64,000 bases of DNA from Ignavibacteria bacterium (GTDB lineage: Bacteria; Bacteroidota; Ignavibacteria; Kapaibacteriales; Kapaibacteriaceae), in NCBI GenBank assembly GCA_016191145.1, contig JACPPD010000007.1:16021-80020 (forward strand), read 5' to 3'. The notes beneath the pieces are model-generated. The model was not told the DNA's origin. It made no database searches and saw nothing but the letters and a program-made list of their open reading frames with translations. Each line of letters begins with the position of its first letter. Position 1 is the stretch's first letter. A program made the translations under genes and the position numbers. Positions 18,976-28,680 of the stretch are shown piece by piece.

Positions 18976-20799
18976 TTATTTACCAACAAATGTTACTTTC
19001 ATGGTAACAGGTTTGTCGTCGCGCAATACAACCACTTCCGTCGTATCACCTGGTTGGAAGTTTCCAAGCGCAGCCATAAGATCGTAAATATTACGAATAA
19101 CCGTGGCGCCAACCTTGGTAATAATGTCGTCGGCCATCAGTCCAGCCTCTGATGCAGGCGTTTTCGGACGCACTCCCGATATGCGTAAGCCTTGCGGATC
19201 GTCGCTATAATCAGGAACAATGCCAAACGTAACTTTGAGAGCAATGCTGGAACTCTGGCTGGCCGAAGGCGTCGAGGCGCCCTCGGTAAACGCCAGGCGC
19301 ATGGGCGCATCGGCGATGAGCCGAACGGTTTGCTCTACAAAGTCAAGAATACGAGATTCCCCTTCGGCATTTATTTTATCCCACGTATCGGAAGACCGAT
19401 GATAGTCGGAATGCAAACCGGTAAAGAAAAACAATACAGGAATCTTTTTTGCCGTGAATGATGAGTGATCGCTGGGACCAAATCCGTCGCTCGTAGTCGA
19501 GATTTTGAAGCCACGTGTAGAATTAACGCTATCGACAATGCTCTTCCACTGTGGCGAGGTACCAATTGCCTGAACATTGAGCTTGTCGTTGGTGAGTCTG
19601 CCGATCATATCCATATTTATCATAGCTGCAGCTTTTTCAAGGGGCATGGTAGGCGTTGAGGTCCAATGCTTAGATCCTAACAATCCCTTCTCTTCACCGC
19701 TGTACGTCATAAACAGCAGGCTTCGCCGGGTTGGAGTAGAGCTAAACCTTCTTGCCAGTTCCAGCACGCCGGAAGTGCCAGATGCATTGTCGTCGGCGCC
19801 GGGATGAATCTTCGGTTCGTTAGATGTATTCAGGGAATTTTCGTCTCCCATTCCCAGGTGGTCGTAGTGAGCTCCGATAACAATGTATTCTTGCGATACA
19901 GAGGGATCGGATCCTTCAACGAGCCCAACGATGTTCGACGTTGCGCTTTCGATAAAGCTAACACTGGTTTCAATTGTCGCAGTTGAATTGGGGATTACAA
20001 ACGACATAGGCTTTCGTTTTTCCTGTATTGATTTTTCGGCGACGTATAGTGTTGTACTCTTGGGAGGAAAGACTCTTGCACAAGGCGTTCGTCTTACCTG
20101 CAAGGCAATGATCCCCGAATTTTTTCCGAGTCTATCCAAACCAAATCGCTGGAGCACATCGCTTGAATCGCCTTCTTCATTCACGAAACAAATAACCTTT
20201 GCTCCTTTGTCGCGGGCTGTTGTGGATTTTGTGCGAAGGGAAGCTTGCTGACGGAATTTTTCATCGCGTTCAGCCCATTTGGGCAAGCCCCTTAACACAA
20301 TAACGATAGCATCCCTGACATCGATTCCTTTGTAATCGTCATAGCTGCCGGTTGAAATACCATATCCTGCAAACACTACTCTGCCTGCCGCACTGCCCGA
20401 TTCGCTAAAGCCAAAAGGTTGGTAGTCGGCGCCAAGCTTCCATGCGACTTTAATAGGCTTCGTCATTTCAAGCGGGACGCCTGGTTTTTCAATGAGCAAG
20501 CTGAACCATACTGAGTTGCGATCGCCGAGCTTAACGCCAGTAGTCATTGTAAATGTATTCCGGTATGTAGCGTCGGAGCCGGCAGGTTTTAAGCCAAACA
20601 TCTTGAAACTGTTTTCGATATATGCAGCCGCCTTCTCAATGCCCATGGAAGCTGGTGCGCGGCCTTCGCATTGTTCAGACGCAAGGAATTTGATGTGATC
20701 CTGAATGCGGATGGCGGCAGGAGAAAGTGTGTCCTGCGAATACGCAAAGTTTACAGCGGCAATTAAGCCAAGAATGAAAAGACGCATAGGGTAACGCAC
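18976..20799 (-). CDS. M28-family peptidase with a PA domain and C-terminal PDZ domain
   Basis: It has a signal peptide. M28 motifs are HYDHLGMGD... and GADDNASGTSGVLELAR. The C-terminus has a PDZ-like ...GLRISGVRPKTPASEAGLMADDIITKVG. Confidence 0.8.
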   Translation of the reverse strand: MRYPMRLFILGLIAAVNFAYSQDTLSPAAIRIQDHIKFLASEQCEGRAPASMGIEKAAAYIENSFKMFGLKPAGSDATYRNTFTMTTGVKLGDRNSVWFSLLIEKPGVPLEMTKPIKVAWKLGADYQPFGFSESGSAAGRVVFAGYGISTGSYDDYKGIDVRDAIVIVLRGLPKWAERDEKFRQQASLRTKSTTARDKGAKVICFVNEEGDSSDVLQRFGLDRLGKNSGIIALQVRRTPCARVFPPKSTTLYVAEKSIQEKRKPMSFVIPNSTATIETSVSFIESATSNIVGLVEGSDPSVSQEYIVIGAHYDHLGMGDENSLNTSNEPKIHPGADDNASGTSGVLELARRFSSTPTRRSLLFMTYSGEEKGLLGSKHWTSTPTMPLEKAAAMINMDMIGRLTNDKLNVQAIGTSPQWKSIVDSVNSTRGFKISTTSDGFGPSDHSSFTAKKIPVLFFFTGLHSDYHRSSDTWDKINAEGESRILDFVEQTVRLIADAPMRLAFTEGASTPSASQSSSIALKVTFGIVPDYSDDPQGLRISGVRPKTPASEAGLMADDIITKVGATVIRNIYDLMAALGNFQPGDTTEVVVLRDDKPVTMKVTFVGK

Positions 20800-20862
20800 A
20801 ATACTAGTTTTGCATGAACAACAAAATTAGCCCTTGTACAGGGCGGGAACAACGAGGGATAG

Positions 20863-22326
20863 ATGCATTCAAAGATTCGATCTCTGGCGACGGACACCGT
20901 CGTTTACGGCGTGTCGACGGTGCTGGGTCGGTTCCTGACGTTTTTTCTTACACCCCTCTACTCAAATTTTCTGAGTGCGTCCGAGATTGGCGATGTTGCA
21001 GCCATCTATGCGATGATTGCATTCATCGGCATTGTGTATAGTCTTGGCCTTGAACCGGCCTTTATGAGGTTTTGGAAAAAGGACGACGAAGAAAACAACT
21101 CCAGTGTTTTTCGGACGGCATTTCTTGGCGTGGCAGTACTCAGCCTTGTGCCCACAGCATGCATCATGTTGTTTGCACAAGTTATTTCCACATCGGCTGT
21201 ATTGCAATTGGAAGGCACAGGCGCTAGCATAGTCCAGATTGCTGCGTTGATTCCGTTTTTCGATGCTCTGGTATTAATCCCGTTTCTAAAACTGCGGATA
21301 CAGCGGAAACCAGGACAGTTTGCAGTAATGAGGCTCTTGTCTATCGTTGTAAACGTTGTACTCAATGGCCTTTTCCTTATCGGCTTTGGCATGCACACCG
21401 AAGGTGTTGTATTAGCCGGCGCAGTTTCTAGTGCTGTTACATTTTTAATCTTCATTCCGTCAGTGCGTGCAGTATTCTCCGCACAAGGCGGGTTTATCGC
21501 CCTGATTAAGCCGATGTTGAAATATGGGTTACCTACGGTGCCAGCAAGTCTGTCTTCCATAATTGTTCAGGTGGCCGACAGACCCGTTCTGTTAATGCTT
21601 ACAAGCAGCGCTACCGTTGGGATGTATCAGACTAATTTCAGGCTTGCCTTGCCGCTCATGATGTTTGTAACCGTTTTTGAATATGCCTGGAAGCCGTTCT
21701 ATCTGACGCATAGAGACGATGCCGACGCAAAAGAAACGTTTGCAAGGGTACTAACATTATTTACGGTCGCTTGCGGTGTAATATTTCTGGCAACCTCATT
21801 TTTTATGCCATACGTTGTGCGGCTTCCGTTTGTTGGAGGACGTTTTATTAACCCAAACTTCTGGCCGGGGCTTCACATCATTCCAATCATTATGCTTGCA
21901 TATTTCTTCAACGGAGTCTTTATCAATGTTGCAGCCGGATTACACATATCCATGAAAACAATTTGGCTGCCTGTTGCCACAGGTGCAGCTGCATTGCTGA
22001 ACATTGCCGCAACATTTTTGCTGGTACCCCGGATAGACTACGTAGGTGCTGCCTGGGCGAAAGTTGTCGCCTACATTGGAAGTGTGCTGGTACTGTTCTA
22101 CTTTGCGCAGCGCATTTATCCAATAAAGTACAATTTCAAACACGTGGGAATTGCAGTAGTAACATGTGGTCTGCTGTATCTACTCGTCGGTATTCTCCCC
22201 AAGCCTTCAACGCCTCACTTCATAGCGAGTACATTGGCTATTGCCGTCTATGGTGTGCTCCTTGCAGCTGCTGGTGTTATTGGCAAATCAACCATAAACA
22301 CATTGACTGGTTTATTGCGACGATGA
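20863..22326 (+). CDS. Polysaccharide/oligosaccharide flippase (Wzx/MOP superfamily)
   Basis: It is 487 aa with about 12-14 TM helices and the N-terminus VYGVSTVLGRFLTFFLTPLYSNFLS, typical of Wzx-like flippases. Confidence 0.75.
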   Translation: MHSKIRSLATDTVVYGVSTVLGRFLTFFLTPLYSNFLSASEIGDVAAIYAMIAFIGIVYSLGLEPAFMRFWKKDDEENNSSVFRTAFLGVAVLSLVPTACIMLFAQVISTSAVLQLEGTGASIVQIAALIPFFDALVLIPFLKLRIQRKPGQFAVMRLLSIVVNVVLNGLFLIGFGMHTEGVVLAGAVSSAVTFLIFIPSVRAVFSAQGGFIALIKPMLKYGLPTVPASLSSIIVQVADRPVLLMLTSSATVGMYQTNFRLALPLMMFVTVFEYAWKPFYLTHRDDADAKETFARVLTLFTVACGVIFLATSFFMPYVVRLPFVGGRFINPNFWPGLHIIPIIMLAYFFNGVFINVAAGLHISMKTIWLPVATGAAALLNIAATFLLVPRIDYVGAAWAKVVAYIGSVLVLFYFAQRIYPIKYNFKHVGIAVVTCGLLYLLVGILPKPSTPHFIASTLAIAVYGVLLAAAGVIGKSTINTLTGLLRR

Positions 22327-25300
22327 AATACATCCCCTACGCCGTCCTCATTCTTGCCGTGCTCACGGCATGCTCTACAACGGACTCAACTGCACCATCG
22401 ATATCGATGCAGGGCAGACGCGACTTCGAAGACCTGAAGTACGGCGATCCGCGGACTGGTATGATTCCACCGGGTATCCGTCCAAGAGAGCGAAACTTTG
22501 TGAAGTCCATTTCAGACTATCGTAAAAAAAGTGAAGATGTTCAGAATTATGGAGACTTTACGCAGGTTGGCCCGTGGAATATCGGCGGCCGTACAAGGGC
22601 GTTTGCGATTGACGTCACCGACACAAATACACTGTATGCAGGCGGAGTGTCTGGCGGCCTTTGGAAGAGCGCCGATGGGGGCAAAACGTGGATGATGATG
22701 ACGAAGCCGGACGATAATCACACCGTTACGGGACTAACGCAAGACAGGCGTGCAGGTCGAACACAGAATTGGTATTACTGTACTGGCGAAGCGTGGGGTA
22801 ATTCTGCACAGATTACAGGCAATGGGATATTCAAATCAATCGATGGCGGAACCACGTGGAGCGTTCTGCCATCAACGGTAAGCCAGTACACACCCTCTCC
22901 GCATGCATTTGCCTATGGATGGAGGATTGCTACCGATCCTGCAGATACCAATGATGCAGTGTACGTGGCAACGAGCCGCTTTGGAATAATGCGAACAACG
23001 GATGGCGGTGCAACCTGGGTAACAGTACTTCCCACAAATTCGTTTTTCTCCGACGTTGTTATTACAGACGACGGTGTTAAGTACGCAACACTCAGTTCTT
23101 TCACCGGCTCTTCAGGTGTGAAGGCTTCAAAGTGGGGTGTGTATCGTTCGTTAGATGGAGTGAACTGGGTAAACATTACGCCCGTCGATATGAATTCAAA
23201 TGTCAACCGCATTGTAATTGGCCTCATTCCCTCTCAGGCAGAGTCTTTCTTCATCATCGCCGAAACGCCTAACTCGGGTACCAATGGGAAGTTTCGCTTA
23301 ACCGAGGGAATTCGTGACGAATGGCATTCACTATGGAAATACAATTATCTCTCAGGCGATGGATCTGCAGCAGGTGGTCTTTGGGAAAATCGATCGGCTG
23401 GCATACCATTATTTGGTGGACGCAACGGAGATTTCTTTTCGCAGGGTGGATATGATTTGACCGTTGCCTCATTGCCTGATGATACAAACACCGTGGTTCT
23501 TGGTGGCACTAATCTATATCGCTCAACCGATGCATTTCGAACTCCGAATGAGTCGAAGTGGATCGGCGGCTATGGTCCCCCTATTCCCGGCATGTTATTT
23601 AACTCGTATCCAAGACATCATCCGGATCAGCACGTAGTTGTTTTCGATACGCTGCTGCCAAACGTCATGTGGAGTATGAACGATGGCGGAGTGATGCGCA
23701 CAAATAAGATGGACGCAGATTCCGTGGAATGGACTGACCTCAACCGTGGATACTACACCACGCAATTCTATGCCATAGCCGTTCGTGATAAAGAAAATGA
23801 TAATCTTGTGTTAGGGGGCATGCAGGATAATGGGACATGGCAGAGTGTAACACTCGATAGCACTGAACCATGGATTAGAAGGAATGGAGGAGACGGAGCC
23901 TATTGCTACATTTCGAAGGACGCGTTGACCCTATATGTGTCAACGCAGTCGGGTAGAGTGCGCCGGGTAGTTCTCGATGAAGGTGGAAACGAAGTGGCAC
24001 GAACACGCGTAGATCCGATTGGACCTGTACCTGGCGATTATCTGTTCATCAATCCGTTCGCCATCGACCCATCCGACGAAAAGATCATGTATTTGGCGGC
24101 GGGACCAATTCTTTACCGATGCAACGATCTTACCGGAATACCGCTGGGCAGAGACGATTCCACAAACGTCAATTGGGATAGCCTTCCAGCAACGCGTACG
24201 CCTGGCGTAAAGATTTCTGCGGTTGCAGTAACGAATACTGACCACAGAGTGTATTATGGCACTGCAGGGGGCAAGGTATATCGTCTCGACAATGCCAGCA
24301 TTGCACAGCCAACACCTATAGAAAAACTCGCCAAAAGCGGTTATGTAAACAGTATTACAATCCACCCGCAAAACAATGATTTTCTGATAGTATGCTATTC
24401 CAATTATGGCGTTGTGAGCATGTATGCTTCATCCGACGGCGGAGATTCATGGAAGGCAATCTCCGGCAATCTTGAGGAAAATACCGGGGGAGGCGGAAGC
24501 GGACCCGCTGTAAACTGGGCAGCAATTGTGCCCTACAATCAGGATACGACGGTATACGTAGCCGCAACATCGAGCGGATTATACTTTGCACCGCAGCTCA
24601 ATGGTATGTCTACTGTGTGGAGTCCGCTTGCAGAAAAGTCAATTGGAAATGTACCATCCGACGTGGTGGTGGCACGCTTTTCTGACAAAACTGTTTTTGT
24701 TGGCACACATGGCAGGGGAGTATTTAGGGGCAGGATTAATTCGATACCACCACGGGTTCAGCCGCCACAGCTATTGTGGCCAGCACGATCAACCCGAGGA
24801 GTATTGCTGGACGTTGTGTTGAAATGGAATCGGGTACCTGACGCTGTTAGTTATTCAGTTGAGTTGTCCACGGATGCTAACTTTATAACAGAAGTTAATA
24901 TATACGACGGGCTGTTTTCCGATACGCTACGAGTACAGTCGTTGGCACAGGGACCTGTGACGTATTACTGGCGTGTTTTCGCATTCGGTCCTGGTGGCCG
25001 CAGTGAACCATCGGAAACATGGTCGTTTCAAACAGCAGTGCGTCCGCCGAATCTGATCTATCCTCCTCCCGGAGCAACCGATATAGCAGGCAATCCGGTC
25101 AATGTTGTTTGGGAACGTGTTGAAGGAGCCATAGCCTACGATCTGGAAGTGGCGCCGAATTTTACGTTTACAAACCTCGTGTTCAGCAGGAATGGGATAA
25201 CGGATACAGTTGCAGGAGTTACAGGACTTGAAAGCAATAAGCGTTATTTCTGGCATGTGCGTTCTGTCAGCCAGGACACTGCCGGTGTTTGGGCTCAAAG

Positions 25301-25592
25301 GTCAATATTTAATACCGGCATTATTTCATCCGTCGGCGCAGCGCAAGGCCAGCCTTCGCTATCTATAACTCCCAATCCTGCATCGGACAAGATTTCCATT
25401 GAGAAGATTTCCGATTGGAGTATGCCCCTTACCATCACCATCATCGATGTGAGCGGGAAGACAGTAATTCAGCGAACTGCAGATCCTTCGGCTCTTACAC
25501 TCGACGTACGATCGCTTTCACCCGGGCTTTACACAATCAATGTCCAACATGGTAAGATAGTTTACAAAGCACCTTTTCAAATTATTCGTTAA
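22323..25592 (+). CDS. Secreted BNR/Asp-box repeat protein with FN3-like domains and a T9SS C-terminal sorting domain
   Basis: The lipoprotein-type start MKYIPYAVLILAVLTACS is an ATGA overlap with the flippase stop. BNR-like repeats are present (SADGGKTW, SIDGGTTW, TTDGGATW, SLDGVNW). The FN3-like region is PDAVSYSVELSTD...TYYWRVFAF. The C-terminal ~80 aa is ...IIDVSGKTVIQ...LSPGLYTINVQHGKIVYKAPFQIIR, a Por_Secre_tail pattern. The track ORF start at 21963 is rejected. Confidence 0.7.
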   Translation: MKYIPYAVLILAVLTACSTTDSTAPSISMQGRRDFEDLKYGDPRTGMIPPGIRPRERNFVKSISDYRKKSEDVQNYGDFTQVGPWNIGGRTRAFAIDVTDTNTLYAGGVSGGLWKSADGGKTWMMMTKPDDNHTVTGLTQDRRAGRTQNWYYCTGEAWGNSAQITGNGIFKSIDGGTTWSVLPSTVSQYTPSPHAFAYGWRIATDPADTNDAVYVATSRFGIMRTTDGGATWVTVLPTNSFFSDVVITDDGVKYATLSSFTGSSGVKASKWGVYRSLDGVNWVNITPVDMNSNVNRIVIGLIPSQAESFFIIAETPNSGTNGKFRLTEGIRDEWHSLWKYNYLSGDGSAAGGLWENRSAGIPLFGGRNGDFFSQGGYDLTVASLPDDTNTVVLGGTNLYRSTDAFRTPNESKWIGGYGPPIPGMLFNSYPRHHPDQHVVVFDTLLPNVMWSMNDGGVMRTNKMDADSVEWTDLNRGYYTTQFYAIAVRDKENDNLVLGGMQDNGTWQSVTLDSTEPWIRRNGGDGAYCYISKDALTLYVSTQSGRVRRVVLDEGGNEVARTRVDPIGPVPGDYLFINPFAIDPSDEKIMYLAAGPILYRCNDLTGIPLGRDDSTNVNWDSLPATRTPGVKISAVAVTNTDHRVYYGTAGGKVYRLDNASIAQPTPIEKLAKSGYVNSITIHPQNNDFLIVCYSNYGVVSMYASSDGGDSWKAISGNLEENTGGGGSGPAVNWAAIVPYNQDTTVYVAATSSGLYFAPQLNGMSTVWSPLAEKSIGNVPSDVVVARFSDKTVFVGTHGRGVFRGRINSIPPRVQPPQLLWPARSTRGVLLDVVLKWNRVPDAVSYSVELSTDANFITEVNIYDGLFSDTLRVQSLAQGPVTYYWRVFAFGPGGRSEPSETWSFQTAVRPPNLIYPPPGATDIAGNPVNVVWERVEGAIAYDLEVAPNFTFTNLVFSRNGITDTVAGVTGLESNKRYFWHVRSVSQDTAGVWAQRSIFNTGIISSVGAAQGQPSLSITPNPASDKISIEKISDWSMPLTITIIDVSGKTVIQRTADPSALTLDVRSLSPGLYTINVQHGKIVYKAPFQIIR

Positions 25593-25626
25593 GGGGCTAG
25601 AAATGTTGGAGTCCAAAGCGGACACA

Positions 25627-25670
25627 TTGCAACTCACTCCGACCCTGCGGGGGCTGGGAGTGAGTTGCAA
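25627..25670. terminator. Perfect 14-bp inverted repeat (ttgcaactcactcc ...16 nt... ggagtgagttgcaa) between convergent genes
   Basis: Read directly from the sequence. It may be a bidirectional terminator or hairpin, with no clear U-tract. Confidence 0.35.
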
Positions 25671-25955
25671 TACTCGAACGTATAATAATTCCACTTCTCC
25701 GGTAAACTATCGAACGCTGGTGCCTCATCGTATCGAGAAAACTCTGCTCGACCAACAAGTAAGATGTACTTGCCTGGGCGTTATAGTCAATATCGTTGTA
25801 GCGACTGATCCACCAACCGCTTTCCGCAAATAATAGACAATATCATACGAGACATCATATTGATAATGTCAATATAGTTACAATATCAGCCTTTCAATAA
25901 AGTTTTCAATTTAAGATGAAGGATGAATCCAGGCTGCCGTGTAGAAGGAATTTCA

Positions 25956-27593
25956 TCAGCGCCCTATCACTTTTCGTAAGGTCTCCAATAACCCTGGATT
26001 TCTTAGTGAGCTTCCCGCTTGAACAATTAGCCCTGCTGGTGAAACCAGAATGGATTGGGGTATTGCTTCAGCATTGTAATAGCGCTTAACTGGAATTGAC
26101 ATGCTCTTGTCGATTAGAATTGAGGTCCAATGTAATCTGTTCTTTTTAACAAAGTTCCTAACGCGTTCATGTGTATCATCTATTGCTACCAAATTGATTT
26201 CAACACCTAATTGATCTAATTCACCTTCCAGAGATTGTAAATATTGAATGTTTTCAATACACGGCTTACACCATGTCGCCCAAAAATCTAACAGTACATA
26301 CTTACCGTTCATTCTTGGAAATATCATGCCCTGTTTGACTTCACCACTATCAGTTCCAGGTATGTCAATAGCCTTCCTACCGATTAGTGATTCATTTTTG
26401 ATAAATCTGCGTTGAAAACCTTCATAGGCATTTGTGCCCAAATAGGCACTAATTAACATCGACCTGTATGATTCAGATTCAACCGAATCTTGCAATGCAA
26501 CATAGACTTCGTATAGGAAAGCAATAACTGTCGCTTTGTATTCATCATCAACGTTATCTAATTGGCAGAATTCTAACGTGTGCTTTCGAATGATTTTACT
26601 TGATGTGATGAACGCAAATGTTGGGAGAGCTCCCTCTAAACCCAGACCCCATGTTGAAGGGAAGTGCCCAAGCTCTTCATCTACAGTATGCACTAACTCA
26701 CTATCTGCTTTATCCTTTTTAACAAACCACTTAATTGAATTATACTCCACAAAGGCTTTTAGCAATTGCAGCCGTATACCTTGATTTGTCTCCGTACGAA
26801 TGTTCTTCCCAACAATCGTTGCATTGGCGTTCGCCTGGTCGTACCACTCGCTCACCTTTTGATCATCTCTCAATAGGCGTAAACTCGCCATTACCTTTTC
26901 CAATCCGACGTACGTATCATATACTGCCTGTTGCGTTGGTTTCTCAAAATGAACCTCGGGATTTGTTACTTGAGAAGACATTGGCGACGCACAATATTCA
27001 AGTGTTACAAATGCTTCCCTACATCTTACAACACCAATCCAATCACCGCCACGATCAACTGCGAAATCATCAAACTTTGTCGGACAGTGACTTCTGGTTT
27101 CTAGTTCATCACCTAAAACCTGGTACCTAATGTCCGTAGTACACGGAAACCTATAGGACCAGCAAGTTCCAGCTCCCCTCTCTGGCTTCACGATTTGGAT
27201 AATCGAGTCTGCTTCGTTCAGAATAATAAAATTAATCGATGTATCCTTGATTGCGTATGGAGTGAGTTTGACATCAATTGAGTACTTATGCTCATTAGAC
27301 GAAACAAGAATAGGAATGTAAAGAGGTTTACATTCTGGGCTTGAAAAAACCAACTTATACCACCCTTGCGGCAACCTAACATCGATATCATAATCGCCAT
27401 CAACATTTGTGCCTGTCGTTACAAATGTCCTGCTTAAGTCAGGTGTCCGAATTTGAACAACTGACTTCTTATACCTTGCTGTTTCATGAACTCTAACTCT
27501 ACCGTTCACAACTATTTCGTTGGAATCACTATTCTGACATTGTACATTTTGTTGTAGCACAAGCATCGAGACAATAAGCAGTATCGCAATCAT
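25956..27593 (-). CDS. Secreted TlpA-like thiol:disulfide oxidoreductase with an N-terminal carboxypeptidase-regulatory-like domain
   Basis: The signal peptide MIAILLIVSMLVLQQNVQCQ is preceded by GAGGG. The CarbopepD_reg-like region is NGRVRVH...DGDYDIDVRLPQGWYKL. The C-terminal thioredoxin fold has WATWCKPC (CxxC). The upstream part of track ORF 25956..28124 is IS/repeat read-through, not part of this gene. Confidence 0.7.
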   Translation of the reverse strand: MIAILLIVSMLVLQQNVQCQNSDSNEIVVNGRVRVHETARYKKSVVQIRTPDLSRTFVTTGTNVDGDYDIDVRLPQGWYKLVFSSPECKPLYIPILVSSNEHKYSIDVKLTPYAIKDTSINFIILNEADSIIQIVKPERGAGTCWSYRFPCTTDIRYQVLGDELETRSHCPTKFDDFAVDRGGDWIGVVRCREAFVTLEYCASPMSSQVTNPEVHFEKPTQQAVYDTYVGLEKVMASLRLLRDDQKVSEWYDQANANATIVGKNIRTETNQGIRLQLLKAFVEYNSIKWFVKKDKADSELVHTVDEELGHFPSTWGLGLEGALPTFAFITSSKIIRKHTLEFCQLDNVDDEYKATVIAFLYEVYVALQDSVESESYRSMLISAYLGTNAYEGFQRRFIKNESLIGRKAIDIPGTDSGEVKQGMIFPRMNGKYVLLDFWATWCKPCIENIQYLQSLEGELDQLGVEINLVAIDDTHERVRNFVKKNRLHWTSILIDKSMSIPVKRYYNAEAIPQSILVSPAGLIVQAGSSLRNPGLLETLRKVIGR

Positions 27594-27667
27594 GAATTCC
27601 CTCACTGAATTTGTGATGTATACTTCATGGTAACCGCCCCGGCAAGCTCCCCTGTTAATCATCATTA

Positions 27668-27856
27668 TGATGAAATACCTTCGCGACACAACATACGAAC
27701 ATGACGCAAAAACGATGTTTGGTGTGCTGGAGGCGTGGAAGCAGAGCGGATTCGGGGGACAGAAGCACTCCCCAGCGGTATCGGGAATCGTGATAGTCCT
27801 GCCCAGTGGCGTCCGTATTGAAGTGCTCTGATGCTTGCCTGGCCACAGCAGATCCT
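27668..27856. repeat. Copy 1 of a 188-bp direct repeat (1 mismatch to copy 2), located 74 bp upstream of the TlpA-like gene start
   Basis: It is identical to 29950..30136 except one base (g/a at 27714/29994). Similarity extends a further ~40 bp upstream with more divergence. It contains a 53-codon ORF (MKYLRDTTYEHDAKTMFGVLEAWKQSGFGGQKHSPAVSGIVIVLPSGVRIEVL). Confidence 0.9.
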
Positions 27857-27970
27857 TTCTCCCGGCGTTTCTCCCGGCGTTTCTCCCGGCGTTTCTCCCG
27901 GCGTTTCTCCCGGCGTTTCTCCCGGCGTTTCTCCCGGCGTTTCTCCCGGCGCTTCTCCCGGCGTTTCTCT
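27857..27970. repeat. Tandem array of about 9.5 copies of a 12-bp unit (tttctcccggcg)
   Basis: Read directly from the sequence. One copy differs (gcttctcccggcg). It translates as (NAGR)n on the minus strand or (TPGE)n, and sits between the 188-bp repeat and the IS fragment. Confidence 0.9.
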
Positions 27971-28094
27971 GATTCGGATCCACACCGTATTGCTCACACA
28001 ATTCCGAGATCGGCCGCTTCTGCTCATAATGCTCACGCAAGATTCTTACTTTCTCTTCGGCTGTGAAATGCCGTCGTGCTCCTTTGCCAGACAT
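27971..28094 (-). mobile_element. Remnant of an IS3-family transposase OrfA (HTH_Tnp_1-type N-terminus only, about 41 codons)
   Basis: MSGKGARRHFTAEEKVRILREHYEQKRPISELCEQYGVDPNQ matches the helix-turn-helix N-terminus of IS3/IS911-type OrfA. It then runs straight into the 12-bp repeat array. No OrfB or catalytic domain is present. Confidence 0.55.
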
Positions 28095-28189
28095 CACTGC
28101 TCGTGTGTTGCGAGACTCGTGCAAAGTATTGCTTAGAACTTTATGCTGGACTGTCCCATTTTACCTGAAGTACTAGAGTATTTCCCCTC

Positions 28190-28237
28190 ACTGGTAAAAG
28201 AAATGTGGCATCGATATTTGACAATCAATGCCACATA
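28190..28237 (-). terminator. Putative terminator for the gene at 28255..28602 (hairpin atgtggcat/atgccacat plus T-tract on the minus strand)
   Basis: There is a 9-bp inverted repeat at 28204-28237, followed on the minus strand by tttcttttacc. Confidence 0.4.
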
Positions 28238-28254
28238 ACATTATGTAAGGAATC

Positions 28255-28602
28255 TTACTTGGTCGAAAATTTAGGCCAAGCTAATTCATTCTTGATTTGG
28301 TGATATACTACTAGTACAAAAATGACCACTGTAGGTGTACCAACGACATACTCAACCCAGGTTGGAATCATTGCTACACTGCCCAACACGAACAATGAAG
28401 CGAGAGCCAAATTGAAAACGACGAGACTAAAGCTCACGTATCTGATAAATCTGGAAAAAATTCCAGTTCTTACCAAAATTAGAAATCCAAGCATGCTCAT
28501 AATCGTTATCACTAGCATACTTGCGGGCACATCCAGAATCGGTGTCGACCAAAACAAAAGCACACCCAACGCTACGAAGAGTACTGACTCTAGAATCTTC
28601 AT
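28255..28602 (-). CDS. Small integral membrane protein (about 4 TM helices), hypothetical
   Basis: It is 115 aa and almost entirely hydrophobic helices. Confidence 0.45.
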   Translation of the reverse strand: MKILESVLFVALGVLLFWSTPILDVPASMLVITIMSMLGFLILVRTGIFSRFIRYVSFSLVVFNLALASLFVLGSVAMIPTWVEYVVGTPTVVIFVLVVYHQIKNELAWPKFSTK

Positions 28603-28680
28603 GTGTCATCCATTGAACTAATCTTTGTACGAAAACTACAAACTATTACCATCTGAATGTGATATGCAATCATACGAATC

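Noticed and set aside
21963-22322. Long N-terminal extension of the BNR-repeat protein (track ORF start 21963)
   Set aside because: It overlaps the flippase gene in another frame, and the extension is Cys/Arg-rich nonsense. A clean lipoprotein signal peptide starts at the ATGA overlap at 22323.
27857-27970. CRISPR array
   Set aside because: The units are 12 bp and directly tandem with no spacers. It is a minisatellite, not a CRISPR.
25956-28124. 722-aa ORF read as a single gene (transposase–repeat–TlpA fusion)
   Set aside because: The ORF is a chance read-through. Its N-terminal part is the IS3 OrfA remnant, then the 12-bp tandem array, then the reverse of the 188-bp repeat. The real gene starts at the ATG at 27593, which has a GAGGG RBS and a signal peptide.
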